Assembly: GCA_002633005.1 (NCBI GenBank)
Contig: NMRA01000208.1
Coordinates: 344,956 to 408,955, forward strand
Length of the DNA stretch: 64,000 bases
DNA from: Phoronis australis
Taxonomy: Eukaryota; Animalia; Phoronida
Reading direction: 5' to 3'
The notes under the pieces are model-generated. The model saw only the letters and a program-made list of their open reading frames with translations, did no database searches and had not been told where the DNA came from. Of the stretch, positions 36,263 through 49,300 are shown in pieces; the stretch's first letter is position 1; each line of letters opens with the position of its first letter. Made by a program: the position numbers and the translations under genes.

Positions 36263-36345
36263 CTGGTTCCCTCGCTGGTTCCCTCGCTGGTTCCCTCGCT
36301 GGTTCCCTCGCTGGTTCCCTCGCTGGTTCCCTGGCTGGTTCCCTG
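36263..36345. repeat. 12-bp minisatellite (CTGGTTCCCTCG) x ~7
   Basis: Seen directly; it produces the spurious (LVPS)n ORF. Confidence 0.95.
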
Positions 36346-36902
36346 CGTGCCGCTAGGTGGTAGCCACCACGCTGGTATCACTTAATTTTGCTCGGGAATT
36401 TTTTTTTACACCGGCGTTTCTGATTGGTTGGTCGAACTCTCAACAGGCAGCGCATTACGCAAACAAACTGGCATGACTTATGGAGGAGGTGTAAATGTGG
36501 TCTGTTCTACAGACAAATCGGTGCTTAAAATTCATGTTCAGGAAATGTGAATCCCAGAAATTGTGGTTGCGCCTTTTCGGAGTGCATCTTTCCACTGTCG
36601 ATGACTTTTGTTTACGATACTGTCCCGCATGGCAGTATGAATAACACACCGGTTAAATCGACCACTGTGTTTATTGTACATGTATGTGCTTCAAGTACGT
36701 GGCTATTAAACATTACTACAGAAACGGAATAATTGCTGCTACGCCACTTGCATGACAAGGCTACACTCAACTCGTTCATAGTCCGCCATTTCTCACGTTT
36801 TTGTAAAGCTAACCAATGACTGCCGAGGTTACATCAACCAATATGCTAAAGTGCGTGCTACTGTGTGCTGGCTAGGCACGTAGGGAACCAGCGAGTGCTG
36901 CA

Positions 36903-36955
36903 TGGTTCCCTGCGTGTCCGCTACCCCTTTCCCCTAGCGGACACGCAGGGAACCA
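36903..36955. repeat. Perfect 21-bp inverted repeat with an 11-nt pyrimidine loop
   Basis: TGGTTCCCTGCGTGTCCGCTA-cccctttcccc-TAGCGGACACGCAGGGAACCA. Confidence 0.95.
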
Positions 36956-38611
36956 GTGAGTACCTAACGTCTGCACAGAAGTCATATCTCTGATTAAATG
37001 AGGTTAACATTGTTAATTGATTATGAAAGTTGATCCATTTCATGGTGAAAAGCATCATCAATGCATTAGTTCCTCGCTTCATTGAGCGCCATAACTAATG
37101 AGGGTATATTGAAATGCAATTTTGTACAAAAACCTTTTGCACTGCATTTAATTTAGTTCGAAAAATCCATAATAACAAAGAGTTCTTCGTAGTATTCCCC
37201 GCTTTCTGTTGAGAATTATTTCAATAGTGCACGGGCTGACAATGAACAGGATTTCTTTTGTTTCTCAGATGTGAATAATCCTCATTTCAGGTTTTTAAAC
37301 ATGCGTATCCAGTTGCACTTGATGCGCATGTTTGGAGTTTTACTGTTTTATTACCATACTTTATCTTAACAAGAAGCTTTTGTCTGTCGACAGAGATAAC
37401 GACCCATCATTGTTTCACTTCGAGAGTGCAAAATTGATTTGACGTAATCTCTGATACCATTGTCCCTTAAAACATCACAGTTTTGATGAATCGACGGATT
37501 TACAGGAGCTGAGGTGTCATAACACATGATGATTACATAGATCATCTATAAGGGGAGAAAGAATGTTAGCCATTTTATTTTGTTTATTGGTTTGGCCGTC
37601 ATTCAGCTAATAAACTATTATTCACTTCACACCTTGCCCTTTGATGAGTGCCCCCTTTTGGCCAGTTGGCGTTTTTGATAGCAGAACGTTTTTCAACTGA
37701 AATCTGAAACAACGGTGAATATTGATTTCTCATTTTTATCCAATAATTGGAATTTGAAGTCAATTTATCAAGCGCTATTTCTCGCTGCGAAGTGATGCAT
37801 GACATCTCTCGCGGCCTACGTCGCTGTGCTGGTCGAACAACAAAAAAGGCACAGGTGCTGGTTTGGAATTCAGGTGAGGAGAGCATTATTTTGAGCTCGA
37901 TCATTTTATTGGGTTTTTTAAAAATAACCGTGTGTAGATGTTTTTTCTGTCGCACTTTTCACAAAAATGTAAATCGGGGGTCCAAACAAGGACGGTGTCG
38001 ATTTGTTCAATTATCAGGCGAACTTACAATGTGAGCTGTCGGTAGCCGCAACACTTACCAGGCAGTTGCCGTTACATTTGAATCGCCGTTTCATGACAAA
38101 GCGATGAAAAAAAGACACCGATCAGGAACTTTTTCCCTCTGACTAGTTCATTACCAGAACGGGATTGAAATTTGACGTACTTTCGAGATGAGTCAAGCCA
38201 CGTTGTGCTGGTTGCGGTAAGTCAAAAGTAATCATTTGCAATTAAGGTGAATTCAACTTAAAGCTATGTTAAATAATGCGCGTCCATTTGCGAGCAAGTA
38301 ACTCAGCTAATATTTGGACCATCAGCAATCAAATTTGTAGATCAAGAACCAAAATGTGAACGAGAACACTAGGTGCTATCAATACGTTTTCAAGGACAAC
38401 ATGGCCGGCATTCAGGAATCATTCCTGGACTGATGTACAGGGAACTCGGGCCACGAGAATAGTCGATGACTATGATTCCGTCCGAGAAGCGTAAAATCGT
38501 GTTCAAAAGGGGCTTTTAGTTTGATAATACAAATGCGAAAACATAGCGTAGTCAATTATTTAATTTGGTATATAGCGTTTGAATTAGATTAACCCCATGA
38601 GACAAGTGAGA

Positions 38612-39320
38612 GTATATTTATCTCATACGCGTTGAATCTGTCGAGTGCAGTACGACCATGTAATAATGTTTTCCATATTCACCTCACGCACTACTTCAAC
38701 AGTGACCTCTGACATGGAAAGTTCAAAAGGTAGGTCAATGTCGACTCGATGTCGTTAGCCGGTTCGTTCATCAAACTTTCCGAATATAGTTTAAAGTAAT
38801 ACAGTTGTAGCAGTGTAAGTAACACTCGACATGCAACCAGGCCCTAAACGTAACATCTGTTACAAAACTGTTAATTATATGACACTTCTGTCTCAGTTTT
38901 CCAATTGTTAAATATTGTATCGTCTGCAACTCAGGCGCCGATTCCTCGGTAACAACAATATGAAATATTGTTATTATTTAACTATTTCCAGGAGATGTTA
39001 CAAGTTCAATGCACAATTACCGATGTTTTCATCTTTGTTTTCTCTTTTTAAGTAATAAATTGTTACATTTAAAACTTGTTTCTTTTACTAGAGAAAACGT
39101 GAAACCTAACGCGCAAATACATACATATAAGATGTGATCCGCCACGTGAATAGTTTGAGTGAAGTATTTAAAAAATCTGCCGAACAAATGAAAGAAACTT
39201 AAAAATTCAAAGCGTATGGGATAAAAACAAAACGTACCTCGATTGGCGTAGATGAAGTAATATCCCACTCGACATTATGTTTCGTGGGATGTTGCTTCAC
39301 CTACGCCACTCTCGATACTT
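38612..39320. repeat. Dispersed repeat, copy A (partner at 59489-60180)
   Basis: 38918-39320 matches 59771-60180 in direct orientation; 38618-38905 matches 59489-59770 inverted. Confidence 0.9.
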
Positions 39321-39783
39321 TTTTTGCATCTATTGAGTGCTTTAAACAGCAATGTTTATGGAGTGGCCGATATATCTGGTTATACAAGCCAGTGTTAGTA
39401 CAAGTTTTAAAGACTAAATCCATACAAAACCAGAAAAAAAGGGTAATATGTACAAAATCACGGATTTGTTCAGAAATTGGCACAGCAGTAGGCCCTGGTT
39501 GTGAGTGCCTAAGATCTTCCTCTATCATAACCGCTTTATTTGTTTGCATAAAAACCAACACACACAAATAAGTGGGTGATTTCTGGCAAAAAACAACATA
39601 TCATTTCTTCATACAAAAGCAACGATGAAGACAAAAAGAATAAATAACGAAAAAACCTAGTTGAAATAAGTTGTGAAATCTTTATGTCGTCTTATTTTGG
39701 CCGACAAAAAAACGTTTATCAATTTTGCCTATTTTCATCGCAATACCAAAGCTTCATCGGACACATTTGAAGCCTGTATTTTT

Positions 39784-39864
39784 ATACATACATATCTACA
39801 TACATGTATACATAAATACGTACGTGCAATGCATGCGTGCATACATACATACATACATACATAT
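39784..39864. repeat. Imperfect (ACAT)n microsatellite
   Basis: atacatacatacatacatac... Confidence 0.85.
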
Positions 39865-40644
39865 ATTTCGTGCTTCATCAGTAAAATATCCGTGTGATTT
39901 TCTCGCTAGTGGTATTCGCAAAAAATTGAATAAAAGTATTCCACCGCCAGTCAATTCTAAGGGACTGATAAAGCTAACCACCACCCCTAGTCCAGGGCCT
40001 GGCCTGTTCACAATTCAGAGTCCACCGGTGGCAGAGTCAGCAAAGATTACTTTTACGATTGGTAATCTTCAAAAGCACTAATAAATATAGACAGAGGTGG
40101 ATCAAGGACAATGAGCAGAAGGTGGGGCTGTCAATGGACTTGCATTGGGTGCACTCGAAGTATCGTTCCATTACTTTAACACAAAATTGATCCAAGTTTA
40201 TCGATCAACATGTGTTCTTAACAATTTTCAGTTAATCTGTTCTTGATGTGTAAACATGTCAATATTTAGACGAACTGTCACACTTACATCATATATATAC
40301 TTCCTGCACTTAAGTTTTACTTTACGCTCATGCTAAGCGAATAGGCAGTTAAAGCCCGAACACAAGCAAGAACACAAGTGCGTGCATTTACAGTCCAATC
40401 TGAACGAACGTTCTCATTATGAGTGATCTTTTCTCTTTAAGGCAATTCTTTTCGTTATAAGTTTCACCTCTTTTCCTATAAAACGCAATTCTGCTCTCAT
40501 GGACTCATTTCTTTTCTCAGAAACCGCATCTTGCCTTCTAATGAAATGCGTTGTTTTCTTCGGAAGAATTATTATTTCGTGAGATATCTTCTTTGTTTTC
40601 GTGTTGACAAACCCCAGTGTTAGTGGAGGCTTTATTTTTGTGGA

Positions 40645-41270
40645 CTAAGTAGGGCCTAGGGTATTACTATAAGTAGGGCCTAGGGTATTTTTTTTCACAA
40701 TTAATACATTTATTACAAAAGACAGATACATATACAAATATACACAATACAACACAACAACGTACAGAAGTGTGCAAAAAAATAGCGAGAAAGCATTTCA
40801 TTGTTACTTCGAAATTAAAAAGTACTACTTAAATTTCTGTTCTGGCATCTGGTCAACTCTCTGGGTCCCCTCATGTTTCAAAAACACATTTCCAATCTTT
40901 CCATTTTTTGTATCAATAAATTTCCGTGTGTTTAACGAAGCACTAACTTCTACATTAAAACACTCATTCAAAAATGTTTTAAGACATCCTAAATTAGGGT
41001 TGACGTTAGCAGATTTCCTTGTAAACATGAAAAATTTAGTTTGTAAAAGAAACTAATTCAAAATTCTGTTCTTTTCATTTTGAAGGGTATTACTATAAGT
41101 AAGGCCTAGGGTATTACTGTAGGGCCAAAGGTATTACTAAGTAGGACCTAAGGCGTTACTAAGTAGGGCCTAGGGTATTACTATAAGTAGGGCCTAAGGT
41201 ATTACTAAGTAGAACCTAAGGTGTTACTAAGTAGGGTCTAAGGTATTGCTAAGTAGGGTCTAAGGTATTA
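40645..41270. repeat. 21-24-bp minisatellite (AAGTAGGGCCTA(G/A)GGTATTACT(AT)) split by a retroelement
   Basis: About 2 units at 40645-40690 and about 9 units at 41084-41270. Confidence 0.9.
40688..41083 (-). mobile_element. 5'-truncated non-LTR retrotransposon (Tx1/L1-clade ORF2 3' end) with poly(A) tail and TSD
   Basis: Minus strand ILN*FLLQTKFFMFTRKSANVNPNLGCLKTFLNECFNVE resembles the Tx1/L1 ORF2 C-terminus, followed by AATAAA and an A8 tail. AGGGTA(TT) is duplicated on both sides. Confidence 0.7.
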
Positions 41271-42867
41271 ACTGAGCACAGTGAATACAAAACGAGTCCA
41301 ATGCCAAACGTGGCAAATGTATTTCGTTAGTCAAAGAAAAGGCAGTTTGACTGTATGAATGACTGCTTTAATGCGGTTTATGAAAAAAGAACTTAGTTCG
41401 TATGATATGCATTGTGGTTTAAGAAAAAAGAACTGAACTCGTATGGAAAAATCACTTAAATGAGGAAAGAATGGTATTTATCATGAACGAGAACGTGAGT
41501 GTCAACCATGAGGGATCGAGGAAGACTGTCTAACATGTTGGATCTTTACTATCAATCTCGTGGACATCAATCATATAAACAGTAAACAGCGCCCCCCCCC
41601 CCCCCAGCCCCCTATGGTGCGCCGTCCATGAGATCGTATGACAATAAGTCGGATCGGTATTGCATTCTATTTGCCGTCTTGTGATTAATTAGCATAACAT
41701 TAACTTGCGAAATGCTAGTACCGTGCCGTGGTCAATCGCGAACAATCACCTGAAGGGTGTTGAGCGTGATCTGAGACTTTGTCCCTGTGTTGATGTGAAC
41801 TCGGTAGAAACTGAAATTCATTTGTCCCTAGTTTGACCGTTTTTACCTTGAAATAAGACGTACGTAGATATCTCCCATTTGCTACACACAGGACTGAAGA
41901 GGGCGCTATAGTTCATATTAGACATCTGTACTTTGTGATAACAATGAAAGGCGTCAACGTTTAATTGATAAACAAGAAACTTAAAATGTTCTTGTTACTT
42001 ATGTTGTATTTTGAAATTGTCATAGTTTTTGTATACGCATAAATACTTTGTAGTAACGGCCGGAGACCTATTTTCTTGAATGAATGATTGTTTGAAATCT
42101 GCGTCAGTGATTTGAAATTTGAGTGCAAATAAAAGAAAAGTTATATATGAACATAATCAATAATAAATTGAGTCTTGTATTGTTACAAGTAATTTTCTAG
42201 TATCATACTCTGTATGACTGTTGTTTTTTAATGTCAAATCTTTGGGTGTTCGGGAAACCCCCGCTCTTTGAAGAGTATATCTCTGATCAGAATCAGCATC
42301 GAGTGGTTGCACCCAATAAACAGGCTGTCCTGTCCTCAGGCGTCTCCCTTCGGCTACAACAACGACATGCAAAGATCCACCTTTGAGGAGATCAAAAGAA
42401 GGAATCAGCTTGTGTGTTGATGAAGATGACCTTGTGTAATAGACCTACAGTGCCGGATAAAGTCCAAGCCTAGGGTTCCCACATCAATTAGTCTTCCCTT
42501 GTAGTTACAGGGACCTGCCTTAGTAGAACTCGACCCCACAGTCTCGTTCTTTACTGAATAACTGGAAGCTCTATTCAAATACATACAGGCAGACATTGGA
42601 CTCTTTTCACACCGGAACGGCGTCACGGTGACACAGCACGGTGTCTGGTACCAAAATATCAACCGTGTTCCTCAAACCTACAGATAAACTGTGGATGACA
42701 TTTTGTTTCTATTATTGTGAGTACTCATACACTTATCAACATTTACCGTCTTTAGGGAAACAGACGCTATTAGCAAGCACTCTCATCTTTATAGCAAATT
42801 CCCATTTTGCCTAAATAGAAAAAAGCCGTTTTATGTATTACTTTTATATCACACACATAATAACTCA

Positions 42868-43089
42868 GGGGCTCGTTCAAAGGAACCAATCCTGACTCAA
42901 CCTCCAATCATTGAAACTTCCACACCCAGGAAGTTAGTCAAACATAAGACAAACTTAATTTAAAAAAAGCTTAAATAAGACTTAAGATCACTTTCTTGGA
43001 ACGGATTAAAACAAAATTTAATTTTTATCTTAAAATTGACTAATGTTTTAGATTTGTCTCAGCTAAGACAGCTTTCTTGGAACGCGCCC
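42868..43089. mobile_element. PIF/Harbinger-like MITE (second copy, inverted, at 62977-63224)
   Basis: GGGCTCGTTC...GAACGCGCCC ends with CAG flanks; the body matches 62977-63224. Confidence 0.8.
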
Positions 43090-43111
43090 CAGGACTACAC
43101 AAAACAATTAA

Positions 43112-43663
43112 AGCGGCATAGAAAGTGAAAAACAGACTGATTGAAATCTTCAAAGTGGTTCTTTGCCACTGAAACAGCAATCAAAGTGTTCATCGGGTAT
43201 TTTTACCATTTGTTCGTAAAGATTTTGGATTTCTGTTGGTGTCAAAGGATTTTTCCTTTAGTTTTAAATTTCAAAAATCTATCTGTCGACTGCTCTTCAC
43301 GTCCTCAATTTTTCTCCTACAAGGCAAAGCACGTTTCCATATTTAGTATGGCAAGACATAGACTCGCACATTTCCCTTATATGGAAATGTGACCTTTGAC
43401 TTTTGACAGACGGAACAAGAAGCAGCTAGCCCTTTGAGTGCATGCGCGCATATATATTATTAGGGGCGGAGAATTTGAAAACTGTATTGGGATGAAAGAA
43501 TTTATATTTCGACTGTGTTTCAGAAATAGTGAATCTGACGATTTTTTCTAGAAATTATGGCAAAATTTAAAGTGAATAACTCTCACGTAAGCAACCCCTA
43601 AAAGTGGATTCGTCGCGATATGTTTACAAGGCAATTTTACGAGTTTTCGCGTTCCGTGCCTCT
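43112..43663. mobile_element. Kolobok-like non-autonomous element
   Basis: TTAA|AGCGGCA ... TGCCTCT|TTAA. Confidence 0.55.
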
Positions 43664-43799
43664 TTAAAGACAATGAGATTAATGCTTACACACAATGAAC
43701 GAATTATGAACGGTGGTTAAAGTATAAAATTCTGTGCAGCTCAGCGCCAACATCAGTTTTTTCGTTCTCACAAACTCTTAAAACAGTTCCACTGGAACG

Positions 43800-44701
43800 T
43801 CATGCTGGGTTCATGAATCCGAGAGTAGAGTCACTAGCCGTTTCTGTTGTTTTTCCTATACTAGCTGTGGAGCTTTCCATGTCCACTAGGCTTGTGAAGT
43901 TGAGCTGGTATGTTAACAACTGGCTGTAAGTAGCGTCAGCTATCCACGAGTATAACATTTCATCCGACGGATTGTAGTCCATCATTACGGTGTAATAAGG
44001 AAAGTCACTCAGTTGAATATTTCCAGGAGAGTAAACTTGCTCTTCTCCAGTCGAGGTACTGAAAGTATAGTGGATGTAGGGAGCCTCTGGTGCGGCAGAC
44101 GGGGAGATAAACTTCTGAGAGACCGTGTACAGGGTACCACAGATCATGAAGGCATTAAGCTCTGTATTTTTCTTCTGACTTGTGTGCCACGTGTTTTCCA
44201 ATGAAAATGAATATTCATTCATTTTTCCAATCACTATTGTCCCGTTTCTGCTGACTGACGGGTATATAACCCAAAGGCCGTGCTCATCGACCGCGAAGTC
44301 AATGGCTGTCCATCCGCCGATGCTGTAGGAATACGAATTGTCAACACCAGCGTCTGTCAGCCGCAGTTTAGACAATGTGCCGTCAGTTAAATTATATTTT
44401 ACAATGACCGGCTGCTTGAAAAGGGAGCAGAAGACACTATTTTGAAACACCACATGGCCAGTTCCCGCGCAGTTAATGGGCAAAATGAAGGTATCCCGTG
44501 GAAGCATATTCTCGCGCAGAGCGATTTCAGACTCGTACTTAAAGACTCGGTCTACGCGTGAGTGACCAGGCATTACCCAAAAGGAGTTGCCGTCAGACGA
44601 GTCCTTGAACCAGGCTCCAGTAGAATAAGAGTTCCCTTGAATTTTACGAAGTTCGGTCAAAACTTTGGATCCAATGACTGTCGCCAATCGTTTCGGACAA
44701 G
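43800..44701 (-). CDS. Olfactomedin-domain protein, exon 2 (OLF beta-propeller domain)
   Basis: Acceptor tttcacag|. Olfactomedin motifs GAWFKD, GTGHVVFQNS, IDFAVDEHGLWVIY, NAFMICGTLY, MMDYNPSDEMLYSW. Phase 1, matching exon 1. Confidence 0.93.
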
Positions 44702-46385
44702 CTGTGAAATAGAAATGTACATGTACGGGAGCTTAGAACTTTAGAATATTGACTCATTATAATTACTTCAGAGTAATTTCAATAAGTCGAGAGCTTGTCA
44801 TATTGATATTAGAATTCAATATAATGCGTTTACTAGAATAACACGGAATCAATATAATCAGGAGCGAACTTATAATAATTAGCTGTCAACTCATTCGTAA
44901 TTCGGTGTAGTAAGTTCTAAATTCATTATTATAGTTAGCTAAAGTCACGATATTAAGTTCGCAACTGATTATAATAATCAAAGTTATTATATTTACTTTG
45001 AAATTCATAACAATGACTGTAATGGTCTGGAATTCGCATCAGATATGGCGCTACAACGCATCAGTACTCATGCGTGGAACTAAAATCTCCCTCTCATATT
45101 TAGTTGTTGGTCATCATGTTTTTTTCGATGTTTGCATTTTTAATATCAAAATATCGTACTTGTGCGCTTTTGCACCTTTCAACTTTGAACCCTATTTAAT
45201 TCCAAATTGTTGCCTTTATTGTCCGAAGCAATAACTCTTTCAGAAAAAGATTCAAATCTACACATTTGACAAATAGTGAGAGTTTTACTGTGTTCGCATA
45301 TGTGCAGTGTATCAGAAAATGAACATCAATGTACATGCGGTGTTCGGTGCAAAAAATCAAAAACGTTGACAGAGAGTGGTGTTATTTCCTTAGAGGGATA
45401 CCAGGTACTTGACTGCGACATGTCAATCTGATGTAAGATATGAAAAAATGCTCAAAACTGAAACACACGTTGCAAAAATTGTAATACACGTTGCTAAAAC
45501 TGTAATACACATTACAAAAAGTGTAGCTTCTATTCCGACTCTCCACCAAGGGGGACCTTTTTATGATATCACTCAAGGCAATAAGAATGAACAACTTTTT
45601 TATGAAATGCACACTGCAAACTTGATAGGCTACTATTTTATTTTGTTAGAAAGAATGTAACGTAATTGCGATAAATAATAATTAAGCTTGCACTTGCAAG
45701 TTCAGTTTAATTCACTTGCAGTCTTGTAAGGTTTCAACCGCGATTAGGCCCACTGACGTTTTGTTAATGAAAGGAAACTTAAGTTTTAGAGATGTTTTTC
45801 GATTCTGGGCGATAGATTCACGCTAGTTACATTTAGAGCCCTGAAACGACTATGTTTTACATCAGATTCCTTCATATTTGTACACGATTTTAGCAAAAAG
45901 CATGTTGTCATTACGTAGAATTTAATTTAGCGAAGTATATTCATTGCCTTATCACCAGGGCAAACAAATGTTTTATCAAAAATGAGTTGTGTCTGGAGTG
46001 AATCAAAGCTTACCCCCCCCCTCCAGTTGTGATAGGCCACAAGTTTGTACTACTCATCTTGGATAGGATTAATGAGATATCCGTATCTACCGAAAACATT
46101 TGACGTGACACTTACTTGAAGATAAACGTTATCTAACCAAATTGCAGTTAGTTGACTCACCAATTGTACAAGAGCACTTAATATATACTTGGAGCATGAT
46201 GAAATGCTTAGAGTTAGTAAATAATTATACAGTGGTGTGCCCCCGATATGCGTGTTCAAAAATGTAGAAGAGCATTTTTGTGAAAGCAAAAATTTAAGGC
46301 GGCGGATCGGTAATCCAATTTAAAAAATTCTAGCGTCGGTTTGTTGATTCTGAAAGAAAATGAATGCAAGTGCTATGCAACTCAC

Positions 46386-49300
46386 CGGTTCGTTTGACAC
46401 TTTCTTCTGTGATTTGCGAACTTGGTGTGGAAATGCTGGTGTTTAATGAGTTGGTCGTGAAATCAGCTGAAATGTTCAGTTCCGGTGTTTTTTCTGTAAA
46501 GTTCAAATTCCTCGACGTAGTTGTTACGTTTGGCCATGACAGGTATTCCGTAAATTCAGAATTTGGGAAATCCGTGTCTTCATCACCACTACCGCCGTCA
46601 TCAGTTGTCAACTGGTTACCCAAGGTAGTCGTATCGTTAATTATCTCATCAGTAATTGTAGTCGGAGGAGGTACGTTCGAATCACCCAAGGACACGTGCG
46701 ACGCGGTGGGTGACATCGTTATCAAACCTGCAAGATCATCTTCAGTCACCGAGAACCTAATCTCGGACGATGTCTGCGTTTCTTTTTCTGGGTCACCTAT
46801 ATCTGATGTGTTAGATAAAGTTACTGAGTCATACCATGTAGAGTTTTCATAATGCGTTCCTGTTGCTTCGGTTAAAGGCCGTATTGTGCTCAAAGACGTA
46901 AGAGAGGGCGCTGCTGTTGTTGCAGAAAAAGTTGGTGTAGTTACCGGCCGCGTTGTGCTCGAAGACGTGAGAGATGGCGCTGTTGTTGATGCAGAAACAG
47001 TTGGTAGGGTTACAGGCTGTAATGTTTTTTGTGTTTCTGTATGCTTTTTAGTGATTGTGGTCAAAGGCGTGAGAGAGGGCGCTGTAGTTGTCTTCAAAAC
47101 AGTCAGTAGGGTTACAGGCCGTGATGTCTTTTGGGTTTCTGTATACTTTTTGGTGATTGTGCTCAAAAAGGTGGCAGAGGTCGCTGCTGTTGTTGTTGCA
47201 GAAGCAGTTGATTGATGAAGGACAATTTCCTTCGTTGGAAGAATAAATTCCCCTTCGCTTTCTTCGACAGGATTCTCGTCTTCCTCTATTATCGTTTCAG
47301 TTACCACGCCTTGAGCTGTGTGCGTTGCTGGCCTGGTATTCACAGCTGGATCATTTGTGGTAAATGAGCTCCTTTTTGCCACGCCAATTTTTGTTAAACT
47401 CAGTATAGTCTGATTAAGAAGTTTAATATCCATTTGCGTCTTATTGTCTGACTCGTCCACGCGCGTCTCAAGAAAGTTAAAATTATCAGATACGTTTTGT
47501 ATTGAAGCCAACAACTGTTTTTCTATTTTATTAAGTCTTGTACCCACGTGGTAAAGTGTGGACACGTTTGCTTGTATGTTTTGTACAGTTGTGCCTAAAT
47601 ATCGCATGGTGTTTGACGCTTCTAGTTGCTTTTGCTGACATTCCACTACCGCTTGGTTGGCTTTCACAGATGACAAATAATTTCTGGAAGTGTTTCTGAC
47701 GACAGCTGCCAACTCAAACTTGAAATCTCGAATAGTTACATCCTGATTTGCTTCTAAGTCCTGTTGTTTGAGTTGAAGGCTTTCGAAACCATTTGACAAC
47801 TTAATTTGATTTGAAAGAAGTTCGTAGAAACTGTCGTTAAAACTGGAAAAAGTTGAATCTGCCGATGTCACGTCTTCAAGGGCATTGATCAGGGTATGGT
47901 TTAAATTCTGCAACGTTTTTCCCATGTCCGTGAAGATGTTCTGATGCTCCAATACCGCATTTTGAACTTTTTCAATATTTTGTTGATGTCCAGTAAATAT
48001 TTGTCCGTGGTCTTCTATTTTCGATAGTATTTCTGCAAATTTAGTTCGATGTTTTTCTGTTGTAAACTGAAGATCCGAGAATTTCTTAGTAGCGCTACTC
48101 AAGCCTTGTTTAAACATTTCAAACGTCTTTTCGTACGACTTCAAGCTAGCATTTATCCCAGTAATGTGTTCATAGTGGGCCAAGACTGTCTCTGTCTGTG
48201 ATTGAAAGACATTGCTCAGAGTGTCTATGGATGTTTTCAACACATCCAGGTCTACCGTATGTTCGTCAATGGTTTTAAGCACTTGGCTGGATTTGTCTAA
48301 ACTGTTTGTAAGCTTTTCTTCTATTTCATCAATGTCGTTTACCAATTCATTGTCAATGCCTTGCAGATCGTCTGCTTTATTCTCCACGCGTTCTACGCGT
48401 GATTTTAGTCTATTCAGTTCAATCCTTTGCGTTTCATGATTCGTTTCTTGCTTCGAATAGATGGCGTCTACTTCTCTCGAAACTTTACTTTTTAGCTCAT
48501 TCAAAGACATATTGACAGTTAACAAGTTATTGCTGATTCGATCTCTAAAGTCAAATAGTTTTTCTACGTTTCGTAAAATCACAACAGTTTGGTCCTCTAG
48601 CGTGGCGTCTTTATTCATTAATCTTTGATCTTGAAGTTTCAAATCGTCGACTTTATCTGAAATATCTTTGAATTTGTTGTTGACTAGATACTCCAGCTTT
48701 TCAACTGCTCGTTCGTTTTTGTCATGTAATGTTTCAAAGTTTTTCATCTTAGCGGTAGTGTCGACCATAAACTGTTGGCTGTTTTTAAGCAGTGATTCAT
48801 GCTTTGACTGCAAATTTTTGATCAATTCTGAGTGGCTGTTATGTTGCTCGTTGTTCAAAGTGTCCAGATTAATTAATCGTGCATTTACACTCTCGTTGTT
48901 TCTCATTAACATTGTTCCAGTAACGTTAAGTTCTCTTTCCAAACTCTGAGTATACAGCCATAGCTTCTGTTTCTCTTCTCGAAGCATCGAGAGTTCTCTT
49001 TCATGTTTGTTGTTTTGTGCCCTGTTCAATTTGCGCAAGGCGTCAACTTCCCCAGACAAGTTTTCATTCAACTCGTGAAGCTTGCGCGTGTCGTTTCTCA
49101 AGTGTTTAATTTCTGACGAGTGTTTTTCTGTATTATCTCGTTCCCTTGTTTCTAAAACATCCATCTTTGAGAGCAGCATTCGCACCAAACTTGTCACATT
49201 GTCGCGTTCCGACACTTGCCTCATAACTTCTTTCTGAAGTAACAGCAATTCCTTTTGTAGTTGATGCGGTACATTGTCCTCACCTGGTTTTAAAAACGAG

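Noticed and set aside
36185-36385. (LVPS)n ORF
   Set aside because: Translation of a 12-bp minisatellite.
42157-42680. Extra coding exon of the olfactomedin gene
   Set aside because: An acceptor-like site exists, but exon 2 already ends in a stop with no suitable donor, and the ORFs show no recognisable similarity.
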